Origin: an uncultured Novosphingobium sp.
GTDB taxonomy: Bacteria > Pseudomonadota > Alphaproteobacteria > Sphingomonadales > Sphingomonadaceae
Reading direction: 5' to 3'
Length of the DNA stretch: 64,000 bases
NCBI GenBank assembly: GCA_964245935.1
Contig: CAXTOS010000002.1
Span: forward strand, 7,967 to 71,966
Shown here: piece by piece, positions 22,636 through 32,792 of the stretch
How positions within the stretch are numbered: position 1 is the first letter of the stretch
How the letters are laid out: each line of letters begins with the position of its first letter
Position numbers and translations under genes: made by a program
Notes under the pieces: generated by a model
Databases searched by the model: none
Seen by the model: the letters and a program-made list of their open reading frames with translations, nothing else
What the model was told of the DNA's origin: nothing

Positions 22636-23838
22636 ATGAGCGGGGTGCCCGGCAATCAGTCGGTTTTGACCTTCAACGGCGGGTCGTCCTCGATCAAGTT
22701 CGGGCTGTATCAAGTTGAGCAGAGTGATCCGGTCGGGTTGATCTCGGGCGAGATCGAAATGCTGGGGGATTCCCGCTGCCGGATATCGGCGCAAGATGCT
22801 GCGGGTAGCAGTCTGATCGACGAGACAACGACCATGACGGAGCCCGCGGATAGTGTCGGCCGGCTTTGCGCGCTACTGAGAAGCGCGACAGTGCCTGCGC
22901 CGACGGCGATCGGCCATCGCATCGTGCACGGCGGTCCGACGCTGCGTCGGCATTGCCTGATCGATGACGCGGTCCTGAAAACGCTCGACAGTGCTACGGC
23001 TTTTGCGCCGCTGCACATTCCGCCGGCGCTGGCCCTGATCCGTTACGCCCGGCAGCATTTCCCCGGCCTGCCTCAAGCCGCCTGCTGCGATACTGCATTC
23101 CATGTGGACATGCCGGAAACCGCGAGCACCTTGCCCCTGCCTGTCGAACTGCGCGCATTGGGCATCCAGCGCTATGGCTTTCACGGCCTGTCGTGCGCGT
23201 CGATCGTGCGCCAGCTCGGCCGTGACATCGGCGATCGGGTGGTCATCGCGCATCTTGGCAACGGTGCCAGCATCACCGCCGTGAAGGGTGGCCAGTCGAT
23301 CGACACCAGCATGGGCCTGACGCCATCGGGAGGCGTTATCATGGGCAGTCGGACCGGCGATATCGATCCGGGAATTCTGCTTTATCTGATGCGCCAGCAA
23401 AACCTTGGCGCCGCGGCACTGGAAGATTTGATCGATCACCGTTCCGGCCTTGCGGGCCTTTCCGGGATCAGCAGCGACCTCCGTCGGCTCAACGCGGCCG
23501 CCAGCAGCGATCCCAAAGCCCGGCTGGCCCTCGACATGTTTCAGATTTCCGTCGCCAAGCAGATCGCGGGCATGATCGTCACATTGGGGGGAATAGATAC
23601 GCTGGTGTTCACCGGGGGGATCGGCGAGAATGATGCAAGTGCACGGGACGGCATCGTCGGCCGCCTGGCATGCTTCGGGCTCGAACTCGACACCGATCGC
23701 AACCGTGGCCGCTCCAATCCGCTGAGCAACGCGACCGGCCGGACCACCATACTCACTTTGCCGTCGCGCGAGGACGAAGAAATCGCCCGATACACGGCCC
23801 TGCTCGTAAACCGGCAAAGCCGTCATCGCTTTGCATGA
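22636..23838 (+). CDS. ackA: Acetate/propionate kinase
   Basis: NGGSSSIKF, GHRIVHGG, DTAFH, RYGFHGLS, HLGNGAS, FTGGIGEN. Confidence 0.95.
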   Translation: MSGVPGNQSVLTFNGGSSSIKFGLYQVEQSDPVGLISGEIEMLGDSRCRISAQDAAGSSLIDETTTMTEPADSVGRLCALLRSATVPAPTAIGHRIVHGGPTLRRHCLIDDAVLKTLDSATAFAPLHIPPALALIRYARQHFPGLPQAACCDTAFHVDMPETASTLPLPVELRALGIQRYGFHGLSCASIVRQLGRDIGDRVVIAHLGNGASITAVKGGQSIDTSMGLTPSGGVIMGSRTGDIDPGILLYLMRQQNLGAAALEDLIDHRSGLAGLSGISSDLRRLNAAASSDPKARLALDMFQISVAKQIAGMIVTLGGIDTLVFTGGIGENDASARDGIVGRLACFGLELDTDRNRGRSNPLSNATGRTTILTLPSREDEEIARYTALLVNRQSRHRFA

Positions 23839-23989
23839 GCAATATCCGATGCTGTCGCTGGAAGCGGCCAGCGTCTACCTCCGCGAAACATAAGACCGAT
23901 CACGTCGGGCTCGGTCATGGCAGCAACAATATTTTGCGGCATCTGGGTCGATGGCACGACCGGCAAGCATTCACCGGCATGTAAAGGCC

Positions 23990-24166
23990 CAACCCGCCGC
24001 AGCCATCTTTGTCGCCTCGCTCGCCTCAAATTCCTTGCCCCCGACATCGTCTCCGCCATTCTCCATGGGCGCCAGCCTGTCGAGGCTGACCGCGCGCACC
24101 CTTCTGCGCGCCAGTGATCTGCCTGTAACCTGGGTCGACCAGCGCAAACTCCTCGGATTTGCCTAG
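23990..24166 (+). pseudogene. C-terminal remnant of a large serine site-specific recombinase
   Basis: RLARLKFLAPDIVSAILHGRQP, frameshift, LTARTLLRASDLPVTWVDQRKLLGF; adjacent to the tRNA. Confidence 0.75.
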
Positions 24167-24379
24167 CCCCCAAGCTGGCGCCAAACGCCGGCGCATTGGG
24201 GCACAGGACACCAATATCGGCTTTTGAGACTAGCGCCCAAAAGCGGGCGAAATTCGCCCTGAACCAAGGCGTCTCTGTCCGGAAGGCAACCACAACACCC
24301 GCGTGAAAAGCCCGGAAACGCGGGCATTTGGCGCCACCCGGCGCCCGGTGCCGCGAATCCCTATTCGCGCGCGACGGAA

Positions 24380-24454
<75 letters not shown>

Positions 24455-24592
24455 ACACCATTCCGCCAGCCACGGCTGGGCCTACGCGACAGGGCGCGGC
24501 TTGCTGCGGACAGGGGCGCGCTATTGGCGGTGGGGGGTCACTTTGTCAAGCCGGGGCTTGAGACTTGGGCCACTTGCGGGCAACACCCTGCG

Positions 24593-24766
24593 ATGTCCGA
24601 AGATCGCAGCCTGCCGCCCGACCCCGCTCCGCCCCCATCGCGCGAACAGCGTCTGGCAGCCAAATTGCGCGAAAACCTGCGTCGCCGCAAGGTCCAGGCC
24701 CGCAGCATGGGCGATGACTCCGCCGACGCGTCGGGTGCTCTTCCCAAATCGCCCGGGAAAAGCTAG
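24593..24766 (+). CDS. Small conserved hypothetical protein
   Basis: [21 protein letters not shown] motif, familiar from alphaproteobacterial small proteins. Confidence 0.7.
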   Translation: MSEDRSLPPDPAPPPSREQRLAAKLRENLRRRKVQARSMGDDSADASGALPKSPGKS

Positions 24767-24836
24767 TCCGGCCTGCGATTTGCGGCGCTACCATGCGGTC
24801 CGCAGTGTTTTGCGCAGTTTCAGGGAGTTGCCCGCC

Positions 24837-25523
24837 TTGCCTTGCCTTATTCTCGTCCGTCACGGCCAGAGCCAGTGGAACCTGGAAAACCGCTTCACCG
24901 GCTGGTGGGATGTCGACCTGACCGCACAAGGCGAGGCCGAGGCGCGTGCCGCCGGACAGTTGCTGAAGGACAAGGGGGTGCTGCCGACGCTGGCCTTTAC
25001 CTCGGTGCAGACCCGCGCGATCCGCACGCTGCATCTGGCGCTGGAGGCTGCGGGCCGGGCCTGGTTGCCCGAAATCAAGGACTGGCGCCTGAACGAGCGG
25101 CATTACGGCGGGCTGACCGGGCTGGACAAGGCCGAGACCGCCGCGAAGCATGGCGACGCGCAGGTCAGGGTCTGGCGCCGCAGCTTCGACATTCCGCCGC
25201 CGCTGCTGGAGCGCGGGTCGCAATTCGATCTCTCGGCCGATCCGCGCTACGCCGGGCTGGAAGTGCCGCAGACCGAAAGCCTGAAGGACACCATCGCGCG
25301 CGTGCTGCCCTATTACGAAGCCGCGATCGCCCCGGCGCTGGCGTCGGGCGAAACCGTGCTGGTGGCGGCGCATGGCAACAGCCTGCGCGCGCTGGTCAAG
25401 CATCTGTCGGGCATTTCCGACGACGATATCACCGGCCTGGAAATCCCCACCGGCCAGCCGATAATCTACGACCTGGACGACAGACTGGATTCCATCGACC
25501 GTTATTATCTGTCGGAACGATGA
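24837..25523 (+). CDS. gpmA: 2,3-bisphosphoglycerate-dependent phosphoglycerate mutase
   Basis: [32 protein letters not shown]. Confidence 0.96.
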   Translation: MPCLILVRHGQSQWNLENRFTGWWDVDLTAQGEAEARAAGQLLKDKGVLPTLAFTSVQTRAIRTLHLALEAAGRAWLPEIKDWRLNERHYGGLTGLDKAETAAKHGDAQVRVWRRSFDIPPPLLERGSQFDLSADPRYAGLEVPQTESLKDTIARVLPYYEAAIAPALASGETVLVAAHGNSLRALVKHLSGISDDDITGLEIPTGQPIIYDLDDRLDSIDRYYLSER

Positions 25524-26044
25524 CCGGCACCACCGCTTTACCTGCTTCTCCGGACCTCGCTCAACCGGCCGCGTCAGTCGCCATCGTCATGGGCAGCCAG
25601 TCGGACTGGCCGACGATGCAGAAGGCCGCCGATGTGCTGGACCGGCTGGCCGTCGCGCATGACGTGCGGATCGTCTCGGCCCATCGCACCCCCGACCGGC
25701 TGGTGAGCTTTGCCAAGGGCGCGGCGGCGGCGGGGTTCAAGGTGATCATCGCCGGCGCGGGCGGCGCGGCGCATCTGCCGGGCATGGTCGCCAGCATGAC
25801 GCATCTGCCGGTGTTGGGCGTGCCGGTGCAATCGCGGGCGCTGTCGGGGCAGGACAGCCTGCTGTCGATCGTGCAGATGCCCGCTGGCATTCCCGTAGGC
25901 ACGCTGGCCATCGGCGAGGGGGGCGCGACCAATGCCGGGCTGCTCGCCGCCGCGATCCTGGCCATTTACGACCCCGAACTCTCTGCAAGGTTGCAGGAGT
26001 ACCGCGCCGCGCAAAGCGCCGCTGTTGCCGAGCGACCGATTTGA
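25520..26044 (+). CDS. purE: N5-CAIR mutase
   Basis: [24 protein letters not shown]. Confidence 0.97.
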   Translation: MTGTTALPASPDLAQPAASVAIVMGSQSDWPTMQKAADVLDRLAVAHDVRIVSAHRTPDRLVSFAKGAAAAGFKVIIAGAGGAAHLPGMVASMTHLPVLGVPVQSRALSGQDSLLSIVQMPAGIPVGTLAIGEGGATNAGLLAAAILAIYDPELSARLQEYRAAQSAAVAERPI

Positions 26045-26048
26045 CCCG

Positions 26049-27107
26049 ATGATTGCCCCCGGTGAAACGATCGGCATTCTCGGTGGTGGCCAGTTGGGCC
26101 GGATGCTGGCGATGGCGGCGGCACGGCTGGGCTACCGCTGCCACATCTATGCGCCCGAGCAGGACAGTATCGCCGCCGAAGTCGCGGCCGCCTTTACTTG
26201 TGCCGAATGGGACGATGCGGCGGCGCTGGCGCGGTTTGCCGCAGATTGCGCGGTCATCACTTATGAATTCGAGAACGTGCCGGTCGGACCGCTGGCCGCG
26301 CTGACCGGAGCGCGGCTGCTGCCGCATCCGCGTGCGCTGGAATGCGCACAGGACCGGTTGGCCGAAAAGGCTTTTGCACGACAACTCGGTGGCCGGCCGG
26401 CGCCCTGTGCCGCGGTCGATTCGGCCCGCGGTCTGGCGGTGGCCATCGCCCGTATCGGCACCCCCGGCATCCTCAAGACCCGCCGCGACGGTTATGATGG
26501 CAAGGGGCAGTGGCGGATCATGACCCCGGCGGATGCGGATACGCTGGAACTGCCCGCCACGGCGCTGGTCTATGAAGGCTTTGTCGCGTTCGAAGCCGAA
26601 TTTTCGGTGCTGCTGTGCCGCGCCGCCGATGGCGACATCCGCTTTTGGGATACGCCGGAAAATGTCCACCAGGACGGCATCCTGATGCGCTCGACCGTCC
26701 CCGCGTCGCCCCTGATCCAGGGGCAAGTGGCCGAGGGCCGCGCGCTGGCGCGCCAGATCGCGCAGGCGCTCGATTATGTCGGCGTGCTGTGCCTGGAATT
26801 CTTCGCCACCCGGGCTGGTCCGGTGTTCAACGAGATGGCCCCGCGCGTCCACAATTCGGGGCATTGGACGGTCGAGGGCGCGCTGACCTCCCAATTCGAA
26901 AACCACATCCGCGCGATCTGCGGGCTGCCGCTGGGCGATACCGCGCTGGCCGCACGCGCCGTCGAGATGCGCAATATCATCGGCGATGCCGCCGAAGACT
27001 GGCCGCTGATCCTGGCCGATCCGGCCAACCACCTGCATCTCTATGGCAAGGCGGCGGCGCGGCCCGGCCGCAAGATGGGCCATGTCACCCGGCTGACGCT
27101 CGCTTGA
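26049..27107 (+). CDS. purK: N5-CAIR synthase
   Basis: GILGGGQLGRM, GYDGKGQ, NEMAPRVHNSGH, RKMGHV. Confidence 0.97.
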   Translation: MIAPGETIGILGGGQLGRMLAMAAARLGYRCHIYAPEQDSIAAEVAAAFTCAEWDDAAALARFAADCAVITYEFENVPVGPLAALTGARLLPHPRALECAQDRLAEKAFARQLGGRPAPCAAVDSARGLAVAIARIGTPGILKTRRDGYDGKGQWRIMTPADADTLELPATALVYEGFVAFEAEFSVLLCRAADGDIRFWDTPENVHQDGILMRSTVPASPLIQGQVAEGRALARQIAQALDYVGVLCLEFFATRAGPVFNEMAPRVHNSGHWTVEGALTSQFENHIRAICGLPLGDTALAARAVEMRNIIGDAAEDWPLILADPANHLHLYGKAAARPGRKMGHVTRLTLA

Positions 27108-27595
27108 TCGCTCGGCCCGAGGTATTTCTGGTCGCCGCCGTTGCCGCCAACGGGGTGATTGGCAATGCCGGCGGGATGCCGTGGCACATCCCGGAAGATT
27201 TTCGCCGGGTCAAGCGGCTGACCATGGGCAACCCGCTGGTAATGGGCCGCAAGACGTTCGAATCCCTGCCCGGGGTGCTGCCCGGCCGCCGCCATATCGT
27301 CATCACCCGCGATCCCGCCTGGCGGGCCGAAGGCGCCGATGTGGTGCATTCGCTGGAGGCGGCCCTGGGGCTTGCCGCCGCGCCGCATATCGTCATTTTC
27401 GGCGGCGCTGCCATCTATGCGCTCGCACTGCCCCGCGCGAGCCGGATCGAGCTGACCGAAATCCACGCCGACATCCCCGGCGACACCTTCATGCCGCCGC
27501 TGGGCAAGGGCTGGCACGAGGTAGCACGAGAAGAACATGCTGCCGGAGATGGTCGCCCCGCGTTCGCTTTCGTCACGCTCCACCGTGACCTATAG
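27104..27595 (+). CDS. folA: Dihydrofolate reductase
   Basis: NGVIG...MPWHIPED, VMGRKTFESL, LPGR. Confidence 0.95.
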   Translation: MIARPEVFLVAAVAANGVIGNAGGMPWHIPEDFRRVKRLTMGNPLVMGRKTFESLPGVLPGRRHIVITRDPAWRAEGADVVHSLEAALGLAAAPHIVIFGGAAIYALALPRASRIELTEIHADIPGDTFMPPLGKGWHEVAREEHAAGDGRPAFAFVTLHRDL

Positions 27596-27602
27596 GCGCT
27601 TG

Positions 27603-28541
27603 ATGATTCGCCTCGACAACACCCAGCCCGTCCCGGACCATTTGCATGGTGCAATCCTTGCGCTGGGCAATTTCGACGGTTTCCATCGCGGCCATCAGGC
27701 AGTGGTGGGCGAGGCACTGGCCTGGGCACAGGCCGAACAGCGCCCCTGCATCGTCGCCACTTTCGATCCGCATCCGATCCGCATGTTCCAGCCCGATATC
27801 GCGCCGTTCCGGCTCACCACGCTCGACCAGCGGCAGGATCTGTTCGCGGCGGCCGGGGCCGATGCAATGCTGGTATTCCATTTCACCCGCGCGATGGCCG
27901 CCACGCCTGCCGAAGACTGGGTGCGCGATGCGATTGCCGGCCATCTCGGCGCGGCCGGGGTCGTTACCGGCGAGGATTTCACTTTCGGCAAGGGCGGTAC
28001 CGGCACCCCCGAACTGCTGCGCCGCGTCGGCGCGACCTGCGGCTTGCAGGCGCGCGCGGTGCCGGCGGTGCATGACGCGCAAGGCCCGATTTCTTCCAGC
28101 CGCATCCGTACTGCGCTACAGGCGGGCGATTGCGAGACCGCCACCGCGCTGCTTACCCGACCCTACACCATGCGCGGGCCGGTCCAGCATGGCGACAAGC
28201 TGGGCCGCACCATCGGCTATCCCACCGCCAATATCGATGCCGGGCTGTATCTGCGCCCGCGTTATGGCATTTACGCGGTCACCGCGCGATTGGCGAACGG
28301 ACGCAAACTGGATGGCGCGGCCAATTTCGGCATTCGCCCGACGTTCGATCCGCCCAAGGAATTGCTCGAGCCCTATTTCTTCGACTTTTCCGGCGATCTG
28401 TATGGGCAGGACATCGACGTGGCGTTCGAGCATTTCCTGCGCGGGGAGGCGAAATTCGCTTCGCTGGATGCCTTGACCGCGCAGATGGAGCGCGATTGCA
28501 ACGACGCGCGCGCCTGGCTGGGCCGGACGCAACCGGCCTGA
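27603..28541 (+). CDS. ribF: Riboflavin kinase/FAD synthetase
   Basis: GNFDGFHRGH, GRTIGYPTAN, GIRPT. Confidence 0.96.
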   Translation: MIRLDNTQPVPDHLHGAILALGNFDGFHRGHQAVVGEALAWAQAEQRPCIVATFDPHPIRMFQPDIAPFRLTTLDQRQDLFAAAGADAMLVFHFTRAMAATPAEDWVRDAIAGHLGAAGVVTGEDFTFGKGGTGTPELLRRVGATCGLQARAVPAVHDAQGPISSSRIRTALQAGDCETATALLTRPYTMRGPVQHGDKLGRTIGYPTANIDAGLYLRPRYGIYAVTARLANGRKLDGAANFGIRPTFDPPKELLEPYFFDFSGDLYGQDIDVAFEHFLRGEAKFASLDALTAQMERDCNDARAWLGRTQPA

Positions 28542-28587
28542 CCCGCCATTTGCAGTTAGGCGCGGGCCCAGCTAGAGCCCGCCGGTC

Positions 28588-31500
28588 ATGACCGAGAAGC
28601 CCGACTACCGCGCCACCGTCTTCCTGCCGAAGACCGATTTCCCCATGAAGGCGGGACTGCCCCAGAAGGAGCCTGGGATTCTGGCGCGCTGGCAAGCCGA
28701 AGACCTGTACCGCAAGCTGCGCGACGGGCGTGCGGGCCGGGAAAAGTTCATCCTCCACGACGGGCCACCCTACGCCAATGGCGACATCCATGTCGGCCAT
28801 GCGCTGAACCATATCCTCAAGGACATGGTGGTGCGCTGCCAGAGCCTGCTCGGCATGGACGCGCCCTATGTGCCGGGCTGGGATTGCCACGGCCTGCCGA
28901 TCGAGTGGAAGGTGGAAGAGCAATACCGCAAGAAAAAGCTGAACAAGGACGAAGTGCCGGCGGCGGAATTCCGCGCCGAATGCCGCGCCTATGCGCGGGG
29001 CTGGGTCGACAAGCAGCGCGAGCAGTTGAAGCGGCTGGGCATCAGTGGCGATTGGGATCACCCGTACCTGACGATGGATTTTGCCGCCGAGGCGACCATC
29101 GTTGGCGAGTTGATGAAATTTGCCGAAAGCGGGCAATTGTATCGCGGGGCCAAGCCGGTGATGTGGTCGCCGGTTGAAAAGACCGCGCTGGCCGAGGCCG
29201 AGGTTGAGTATGAGGATATCGTCTCGACGCAGGTGGATGTGGCATTCGAGATCGTGGAGTCGCGGGTTCCGGAACTGGTTGGCGCTTATGCGGTGATCTG
29301 GACGACTACGCCGTGGACGATTCCGGTGAACCAGGCGATCGCCTATGGGGCGGAGGTTGAGTACCAACTCTATGAAATCGTTGCCGGCGGGCCTCCTGAG
29401 TTCCTGAACGAGATTTCTGCGCATTACGCGTTGCATGGATTGCGTGTTTTGATTGCGGAATCTCTGAAAGAGCAGTTTGTTCACCGCCTTCGGACTAACG
29501 CGCCAACAGTAGATATCAATGGTAACGCGGTGGCTGTAGTTCCTCACCTCACGCGCGAACTGGGGGTGGCCCCTAACACTTGGCGTGCTGAATCAATCAA
29601 AGGTTTCGAACTAGCCGGCACCATCGCCCGCCACCCGATGGCAAAGGCCTTCGCTGCTCCCCTCCCCTTCAGGGGAGGGGTTGGGGGTGGGGCCTCTCCG
29701 GCTGGCGCGGGATATGGGGATGGGCCCCACCCCAACCCCTCCCCTGAAGGGGAGGGGCTTAAGAACAACCTCGATCCCACCTCACCGCTCGCGGAATTCT
29801 TCCTCCGCCCGCGCCCGTTTCTCGATGGCTCGTCCTTCGTCACCACCGAATCCGGCACCGGCCTCGTTCACATGGCCCCCGACCACGGCGAGGACGATTT
29901 CCTGCTGTGCAAAGCCAACGGCATCGAGCCGGTCTTCGCGGTCGAAGCTGACGGCAAATACCGCGCCGACTGGGCCTGGCTCGGCGGCGAGGGCAGCGTC
30001 ATCAATGCCAAATTCAACGCCCCCGACGGCCCGATCTGCACCGCCTTGCGCGACGCAGGGGGCTTGCTGGCGGCCAGCGCCGATTACAAGCATTCCTACC
30101 CGCATTCGTGGCGCTCCAAGGCCAAGGTCATCTATCGCTGCACCCCGCAATGGTTCGTGCCGATGGACAAGCCTGTCAACAACGGCGAAACCCTGCGTGA
30201 AACCGCCGTCCGCGCCATCGCCGCCACCCGCTGGATCCCCGAAAAGGGCCGCAACCGCATCGGCGCGATGGTCGAGGGGCGGCCCGACTGGGTGCTATCG
30301 CGCCAGCGCGCCTGGGGCGTGCCGATCACCCTGTTCGGCAATCGCCAGACCGGGCAATATCTCTGCGACGCGGCTGTCAACGCGCGCATCCTGGCCGCCA
30401 TCAATGCCGACGGCGTGGACGCCTGGGACGAAGCGCGTGCGCAGGAATACCTCGGCGACACTTACCGCGCCGAGGATTACGAGCGCGTCGCCGACATTCT
30501 CGACGTGTGGTTCGACAGCGGCTCGACGCATGCCTTCGTGCTCGAATCGGGGCGCTGGCCCGATCTGACGCGCCCGGCGGGATACACCGGGCCGCTCGCC
30601 GACCTTTACCTCGAAGGCAGCGACCAGCATCGCGGCTGGTTCCAGTCCTCGCTGCTGGAGGCCTGCGCCACGCGCGGCCATGCGCCGTACAAGGCGGTGC
30701 TGACGCATGGCTTCACCATGGATGCCAAGGGCATGAAGATGTCCAAGTCGCTGGGCAACACCATCGATCCGCTCAAGGTGATGGAAACCAACGGCGCCGA
30801 CATCATCCGGCTATGGGCGCTGAGCGTCGATTACACCGAGGACCACCGCATCGGCGATGAAATCCTCAAGGGCGTGGCCGACCAGTACCGCAAGCTGCGC
30901 AACAGCTTCCGCTATCTGCTGGGCGCGCTCGACGGCTTTTCCGAGGCCGAACGGGTGGACGTGGCGGCGATGCCCGAGCTGGAGCGTTACGTGCTGGCGC
31001 TGCTGGCGCGGCTGGATGCGACGCTGCGGCAGGCCGTGGCCGACTATGATTTCAACACCTATGTCCGTGCGCTGACCGATTTCTGCAACGAGGATTTGTC
31101 GGCGTTCTTCTTCGATATCCGCAAGGACTGTTTGTACTGCGACGCGGCTGGCGATCCCAAGCGGATGGCCTATCGCACGGTGCTGGATGTGCTGTTTCAT
31201 GCGCTGGTGCGGTATGCGGCGCCGGTGTTGGTGTTTACGGCGGAAGAGGTGTGGAGGACGCGGTTTGCGGATGCGGGGAGTGTGCATTTGCTGGAATGGG
31301 CGGTGATTCCCGAAGTATGGCAGGGAATTTCATACCAGGGTTGGGGTGAAGACAGTATTGATCCCAGTACCCCCGAGGCAACAGAACGCCTTGGCAATCA
31401 TTTGATTGAATATCATGCTGGAACGATAGGCCGCATGGAGACAGTGCGGCATCTTCGCACGCAGGTGCTGGGCGCGATTGAGCCTTTCAGGCGCGAGAAA

Positions 31501-31755
31501 ATAATCGGATCGGGCCTTGAAGCCGATATCGAAATAACGCTGCCCGCCGAACGGATTGAAGCGCTTGACGGAATTGGGTTGGCCGAGTTTTTCATCACCG
31601 CAGATGTCTCGCTTGTATCTTACGAACTCGGCCCGGTAGTCTCCGTTACCCGCACCACTCACCACAAATGCGGCCGCTGCTGGCGACACCTCCCTGACGT
31701 CACCGAAGACGGCGCGCTGTGCCAGCGCTGTGAGGACGTGGTGCATGGCCAATAA
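28588..31755 (+). CDS. ileS: Isoleucine-tRNA ligase with in-frame insertions
   Basis: HDGPPYANGDIHVGH, WTTTPWT, KMSKS, C-terminal CxxC..CxxC zinc finger. Confidence 0.98.
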   Translation: MTEKPDYRATVFLPKTDFPMKAGLPQKEPGILARWQAEDLYRKLRDGRAGREKFILHDGPPYANGDIHVGHALNHILKDMVVRCQSLLGMDAPYVPGWDCHGLPIEWKVEEQYRKKKLNKDEVPAAEFRAECRAYARGWVDKQREQLKRLGISGDWDHPYLTMDFAAEATIVGELMKFAESGQLYRGAKPVMWSPVEKTALAEAEVEYEDIVSTQVDVAFEIVESRVPELVGAYAVIWTTTPWTIPVNQAIAYGAEVEYQLYEIVAGGPPEFLNEISAHYALHGLRVLIAESLKEQFVHRLRTNAPTVDINGNAVAVVPHLTRELGVAPNTWRAESIKGFELAGTIARHPMAKAFAAPLPFRGGVGGGASPAGAGYGDGPHPNPSPEGEGLKNNLDPTSPLAEFFLRPRPFLDGSSFVTTESGTGLVHMAPDHGEDDFLLCKANGIEPVFAVEADGKYRADWAWLGGEGSVINAKFNAPDGPICTALRDAGGLLAASADYKHSYPHSWRSKAKVIYRCTPQWFVPMDKPVNNGETLRETAVRAIAATRWIPEKGRNRIGAMVEGRPDWVLSRQRAWGVPITLFGNRQTGQYLCDAAVNARILAAINADGVDAWDEARAQEYLGDTYRAEDYERVADILDVWFDSGSTHAFVLESGRWPDLTRPAGYTGPLADLYLEGSDQHRGWFQSSLLEACATRGHAPYKAVLTHGFTMDAKGMKMSKSLGNTIDPLKVMETNGADIIRLWALSVDYTEDHRIGDEILKGVADQYRKLRNSFRYLLGALDGFSEAERVDVAAMPELERYVLALLARLDATLRQAVADYDFNTYVRALTDFCNEDLSAFFFDIRKDCLYCDAAGDPKRMAYRTVLDVLFHALVRYAAPVLVFTAEEVWRTRFADAGSVHLLEWAVIPEVWQGISYQGWGEDSIDPSTPEATERLGNHLIEYHAGTIGRMETVRHLRTQVLGAIEPFRREKIIGSGLEADIEITLPAERIEALDGIGLAEFFITADVSLVSYELGPVVSVTRTTHHKCGRCWRHLPDVTEDGALCQRCEDVVHGQ
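29659..29757. repeat. REPIN-like inverted REP pair inserted in frame within ileS
   Basis: CCCCTCCCCTTCAGGGGAGGGGTTGGGGGTGGGGCC and its near-perfect reverse complement; same family at 34423 and 47050. Confidence 0.9.
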
Positions 31756-31762
31756 CCCCCGC

Positions 31763-31853
31763 CGTCACCCTGAACTTGTTTCAGGGTCCATTCATCCCCA
31801 CGGGCCGACGGACCCGGACGCGCGATGTATGCTGAAACAAGTTCAGCATGACG
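31763..31853. repeat. REPIN-like inverted pair (GTCA family) between ileS and lspA
   Basis: GTCACCCTGAACTTGTTTCAGGGTC ... ATGCTGAAACAAGTTCAGCATGAC. Confidence 0.8.
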
Positions 31854-31871
31854 AAGCTAGCAGGAATCGTT

Positions 31872-32378
31872 GTGAATAGCCGTTTTCCCCGCATCATCGG
31901 CTTCACCATCGCCGCCGTCACCTTCATCGCCGATCAGGCGGTGAAATGGGCGATGCTCGGCCCGCTGCACCTGCGCGATGTCGGGCAGATCACCCTGCTG
32001 CCGATCTTCAACTTCACCTTTACCGAAAATACCGGCGTCTCGCTGGGCCTGCTCGACGCCGGGAGCGATACCCAGCGCTGGCTGCTGGTCGCGCTGACCG
32101 CCGCCATTGCGCTGACCGTGCTGGTGTGGCTGCTGCGCGAACGGCACGTCGCCGATACCGCCGCGCTGGGGCTGGTGCTGGGCGGCGCGCTGGGCAATAT
32201 TCGCGACCGGATGGCGCTGGGCTATGTGGTCGATTATGCCGACCTTCATTTCGACAGCTGGCGCCCGTTCCTGATCTTCAATCTTGCCGATGCGGCGATC
32301 ACCTGCGGCGTCCTGATTATCCTTGCCCGTTCGTTCCTTTCGCGCGAAAAGCGCGGCCTGTCTGCTCCGGAGAATTGA
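31872..32378 (+). CDS. lspA: Lipoprotein signal peptidase II (start uncertain: 31848 or 31872)
   Basis: NTGVSLG, GGALGNIRDR, VVDY, IFNLAD. Confidence 0.95.
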   Translation: MNSRFPRIIGFTIAAVTFIADQAVKWAMLGPLHLRDVGQITLLPIFNFTFTENTGVSLGLLDAGSDTQRWLLVALTAAIALTVLVWLLRERHVADTAALGLVLGGALGNIRDRMALGYVVDYADLHFDSWRPFLIFNLADAAITCGVLIILARSFLSREKRGLSAPEN

Positions 32379-32383
32379 CGACC

Positions 32384-32791
32384 ATGCGCACCATCACCGC
32401 CCTTATCCTGGCGATCGCCACCACGGCCGCGCTGGACGGCTGCGCCAATGGCGGCATTTTCCACACCGGCCCCGATGAATTCGCCGTGCAGCGCCAGGCG
32501 TCGCTGGTCATCCCGCCCGATTTCGCGTTGAGCCCGCCGCAGCAGGGCGCGCCGCAGGCGACCGCGCGCACCAGCCAGCAGGACACGCTCGACGCGATGT
32601 TCGGCGGCCCGGCCCCACGCAGCGACGTGGAAAAGGGCGCCCTGAACCGCGCCGGCGCCCCCGCGCCGAGCATCCGTTCGACCGCCGGCGATCCGGATAC
32701 CCACACCGCCGACAAGGGGCCGGTGACCCGCGATATCCTGTCCGCGCCGCAAGGCGATGGCCGCGAAGCTCAGGCGAACGTGCCGAGCTGA
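32384..32791 (+). CDS. DUF3035-like lipoprotein
   Basis: Lipobox LDGC; GPDEFAVQRQASLVIPPDFAL. Confidence 0.8.
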   Translation: MRTITALILAIATTAALDGCANGGIFHTGPDEFAVQRQASLVIPPDFALSPPQQGAPQATARTSQQDTLDAMFGGPAPRSDVEKGALNRAGAPAPSIRSTAGDPDTHTADKGPVTRDILSAPQGDGREAQANVPS

Positions 32792-32792
32792 T

